34,974 nucleotides of DNA from positions 1 to 34,974 of IMG/VR virus record IMGVR_UViG_3300012667_000297; one strand, written 5' to 3'. This document shows positions 33,635 through 34,974 of this stretch, in pieces. How positions within the stretch are numbered: position 1 is the first letter of the stretch; each line of letters begins with the position of its first letter. The stretch comes from a virus (lineage: Duplodnaviria; Caudoviricetes). Below the pieces are notes generated by a model. It ran no database searches. It saw only the letters and a list, made by a program, of their open reading frames with translations, and was not told where the DNA came from. A program made the position numbers and the translations under genes.

Positions 33635-34974
33635 TATTTTTTAGGTGTTTTAGGTTTGGAAGCAATTTTCATTTTTTCAATCTGCATTTTCTTATCCATC
33701 ATCTCTCTATCTAACTTAGCTTTCTTATTGGCTAGTTCTATCTGATTAGCATTTTGAACTTTTATAGCTTCAATTTTTTTATTTTCAAGCTCATTCTTGA
33801 GCTTCATTTCTTTATCTTTTAATGCAATTTGAGCTTCATGTTTAGATTTATCATGTCCTATCTTAGATTGTTCTAAGAACATTCTAGAAGATAATTCTTG
33901 TTGAGCTAAAGCATTAGCAGCAATCTCTGAAGAATCTGGTATACCATTGTCATTAAGGTCAATGTCCTGTTGTTTATTAAATACAGCAATCTCAGCAACT
34001 TGTATCTTAGTTTCATTATTTTGTTCAGCAATATATCTTTCTTGATCAAGTTTAAGATGATCAAATTCAATTTGTTCAGCATGCATTTGTTGTTGTACTT
34101 GTTCAATTTGCATTTGACTTTCTTGTTGAGCTTTACTATTATCAGCTTGACGTTTATAAAATTCTTCTTCTTTACGTTGTAACATTCTAACAATATCTCT
34201 AGGAGAATCATTTATCAATGTTTCAACTATTGTAGATAAATCTACTTTTTCAGACTGTAATGCTACTTGAACTAATTGATCTAACTTAGCTTTTAATTCT
34301 AAATCTTTAGTATTATTAGTTACAAATACACTAAACTCTGAGTTCTCAAATTCATTTTCTTCTAATTGTAATAATTCAATAGTTGTATCATCTAACATGT
34401 ATTGAGCAACTAATCCTTTTTTATAAGCAATCTTAGCTACTTCAATCATACAAGTATAAGCTCTACGTTTTACTTCAGCATGAGCTTCATATAAGTATTC
34501 AGTAATTAAAGAAGATTGATTAACAGATCTTTCTACATTACCAACTAGTTCTGAGTTATTAATAGCACCTAATCTTTGTGGAGTAACTCCAGATACAAAG
34601 GCTACTTGTGACTTAATATAATCTAGCATGTTGATGTACTGCTGAATAGATTGACTAAGACTTAAATCTATTGCTTGGAACTGATTAAACTTATTAGCTA
34701 ATTGTCCAGTAGCAGCACCTTTCTTACCTTCTTCAAAACTATTAATAAAAGCAATATTCATTTCTTTTAGATAGTATAACCATCTATCCATGTCAATACC
34801 ATGACTTGCAGGTATTTGAGCTAAGTCCATAATGAACTTCTTACCTTGATCAGAAGCAAATGCTATCTCTAATCTATAAGATATAATATCATATAAATAC
34901 TGATAAGGTTTTAACCTGTCAATTAAACTAACTGATTGAGAGTTAGTTGCTTCATATATAAATCCTGTATAACC
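33634..34974 (-). CDS. Portal protein, C-terminal part (5' end outside the window)
   Basis: The frame is open to the window edge: GYTGFIYEATNSQSVSLIDRLKPYQYLYDIISYRLEIAFASDQGKKFIMDLAQIP...FNQFQAIDLS...SGVTPQRLGAI...ELVGNVERS...HAEVKRR, followed by a long Q/E/K coiled coil. This is the typical crAss-like portal pattern. Confidence 0.9.
   Translation of the reverse strand, partial: GYTGFIYEATNSQSVSLIDRLKPYQYLYDIISYRLEIAFASDQGKKFIMDLAQIPASHGIDMDRWLYYLKEMNIAFINSFEEGKKGAATGQLANKFNQFQAIDLSLSQSIQQYINMLDYIKSQVAFVSGVTPQRLGAINNSELVGNVERSVNQSSLITEYLYEAHAEVKRRAYTCMIEVAKIAYKKGLVAQYMLDDTTIELLQLEENEFENSEFSVFVTNNTKDLELKAKLDQLVQVALQSEKVDLSTIVETLINDSPRDIVRMLQRKEEEFYKRQADNSKAQQESQMQIEQVQQQMHAEQIEFDHLKLDQERYIAEQNNETKIQVAEIAVFNKQQDIDLNDNGIPDSSEIAANALAQQELSSRMFLEQSKIGHDKSKHEAQIALKDKEMKLKNELENKKIEAIKVQNANQIELANKKAKLDREMMDKKMQIEKMKIASKPKTPKK

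Noticed and set aside
4574-34182. Short plus-strand ORFs in the track (4574, 7697, 13925, 20437, 26074, 27628, 29428, 33970)
   Set aside because: All lie antisense within long, well-supported minus-strand genes, have shadow-like composition and lack promoters.
26043-34211. Alternative-frame minus-strand ORFs 26043-26276 and 33906-34211
   Set aside because: They are Leu/Lys/Asn-rich off-frame artefacts of AT-rich codon bias inside the auxiliary capsid and portal genes.
34828-34830. Track start codon for the portal (398 aa)
   Set aside because: The frame stays open to the window edge with portal-like sequence, so the true start is upstream.
1-34974. Stop-codon reassignment (TAG=Gln or TGA=Trp), known in some crAss-like phages
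   Set aside because: Genes are full length and densely packed under the standard code. TGA is used as a real stop in ATGA overlaps, and the TAG noticed ends a gene plausibly.
1-34974. tRNA genes, CRISPR arrays, introns/inteins, integrase or transposase
   Set aside because: None recognised. Intergenic gaps are at most about 140 nt, with no cloverleaf or repeat-spacer pattern, and the MCP and the visible part of the portal appear uninterrupted.

Overview
This very AT-rich window is the virion morphogenesis (late) region of a crAss-like (Crassvirales-type) podophage, probably infecting an environmental Bacteroidota host. The host inference rests on TTTG-N19/20-TAnnTTTG-type promoters, the lack of Shine-Dalgarno motifs and Flavobacteria-like fibre domains. 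All real genes are on the minus strand. In transcription order (right to left) they are: portal (partial), ferritin, small hypothetical, 611-aa GG-motif protein, scaffold-like protein, major capsid protein, conserved post-MCP protein, ring protein, mini-fibre, auxiliary capsid protein, tail hub A, collagen/Lcl (DUF1566-like) fibre, tail hub B, a cluster of fibre and LamG-type receptor-binding proteins, a lysis-like cassette (TM protein, DUF5675, holin, atypical spanin candidate), ring protein, IHF/HU-like protein, ring/tail tubular protein, muzzle (tail stabilisation) protein, and three ejected cargo proteins (the last partial). Product names come from motif recognition and synteny with the phiCrAss001 structural module, not from database searches. 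The most interesting signals are: (1) a recurrent aromatic/Met-x-x-Gly-Gly motif punctuating two unrelated virion proteins, a candidate packaging or protease-processing code; (2) two pairs of fibre/RBP genes sharing short N-terminal docking peptides fused to unrelated bodies, one pair with CpG-rich, apparently foreign bodies; (3) a ferritin translationally coupled to the portal; (4) a single-protein spanin candidate with an outer-membrane beta-strand C-terminus; (5) six copies of a Bacteroidota-type promoter, two probably driving leaderless mRNAs.
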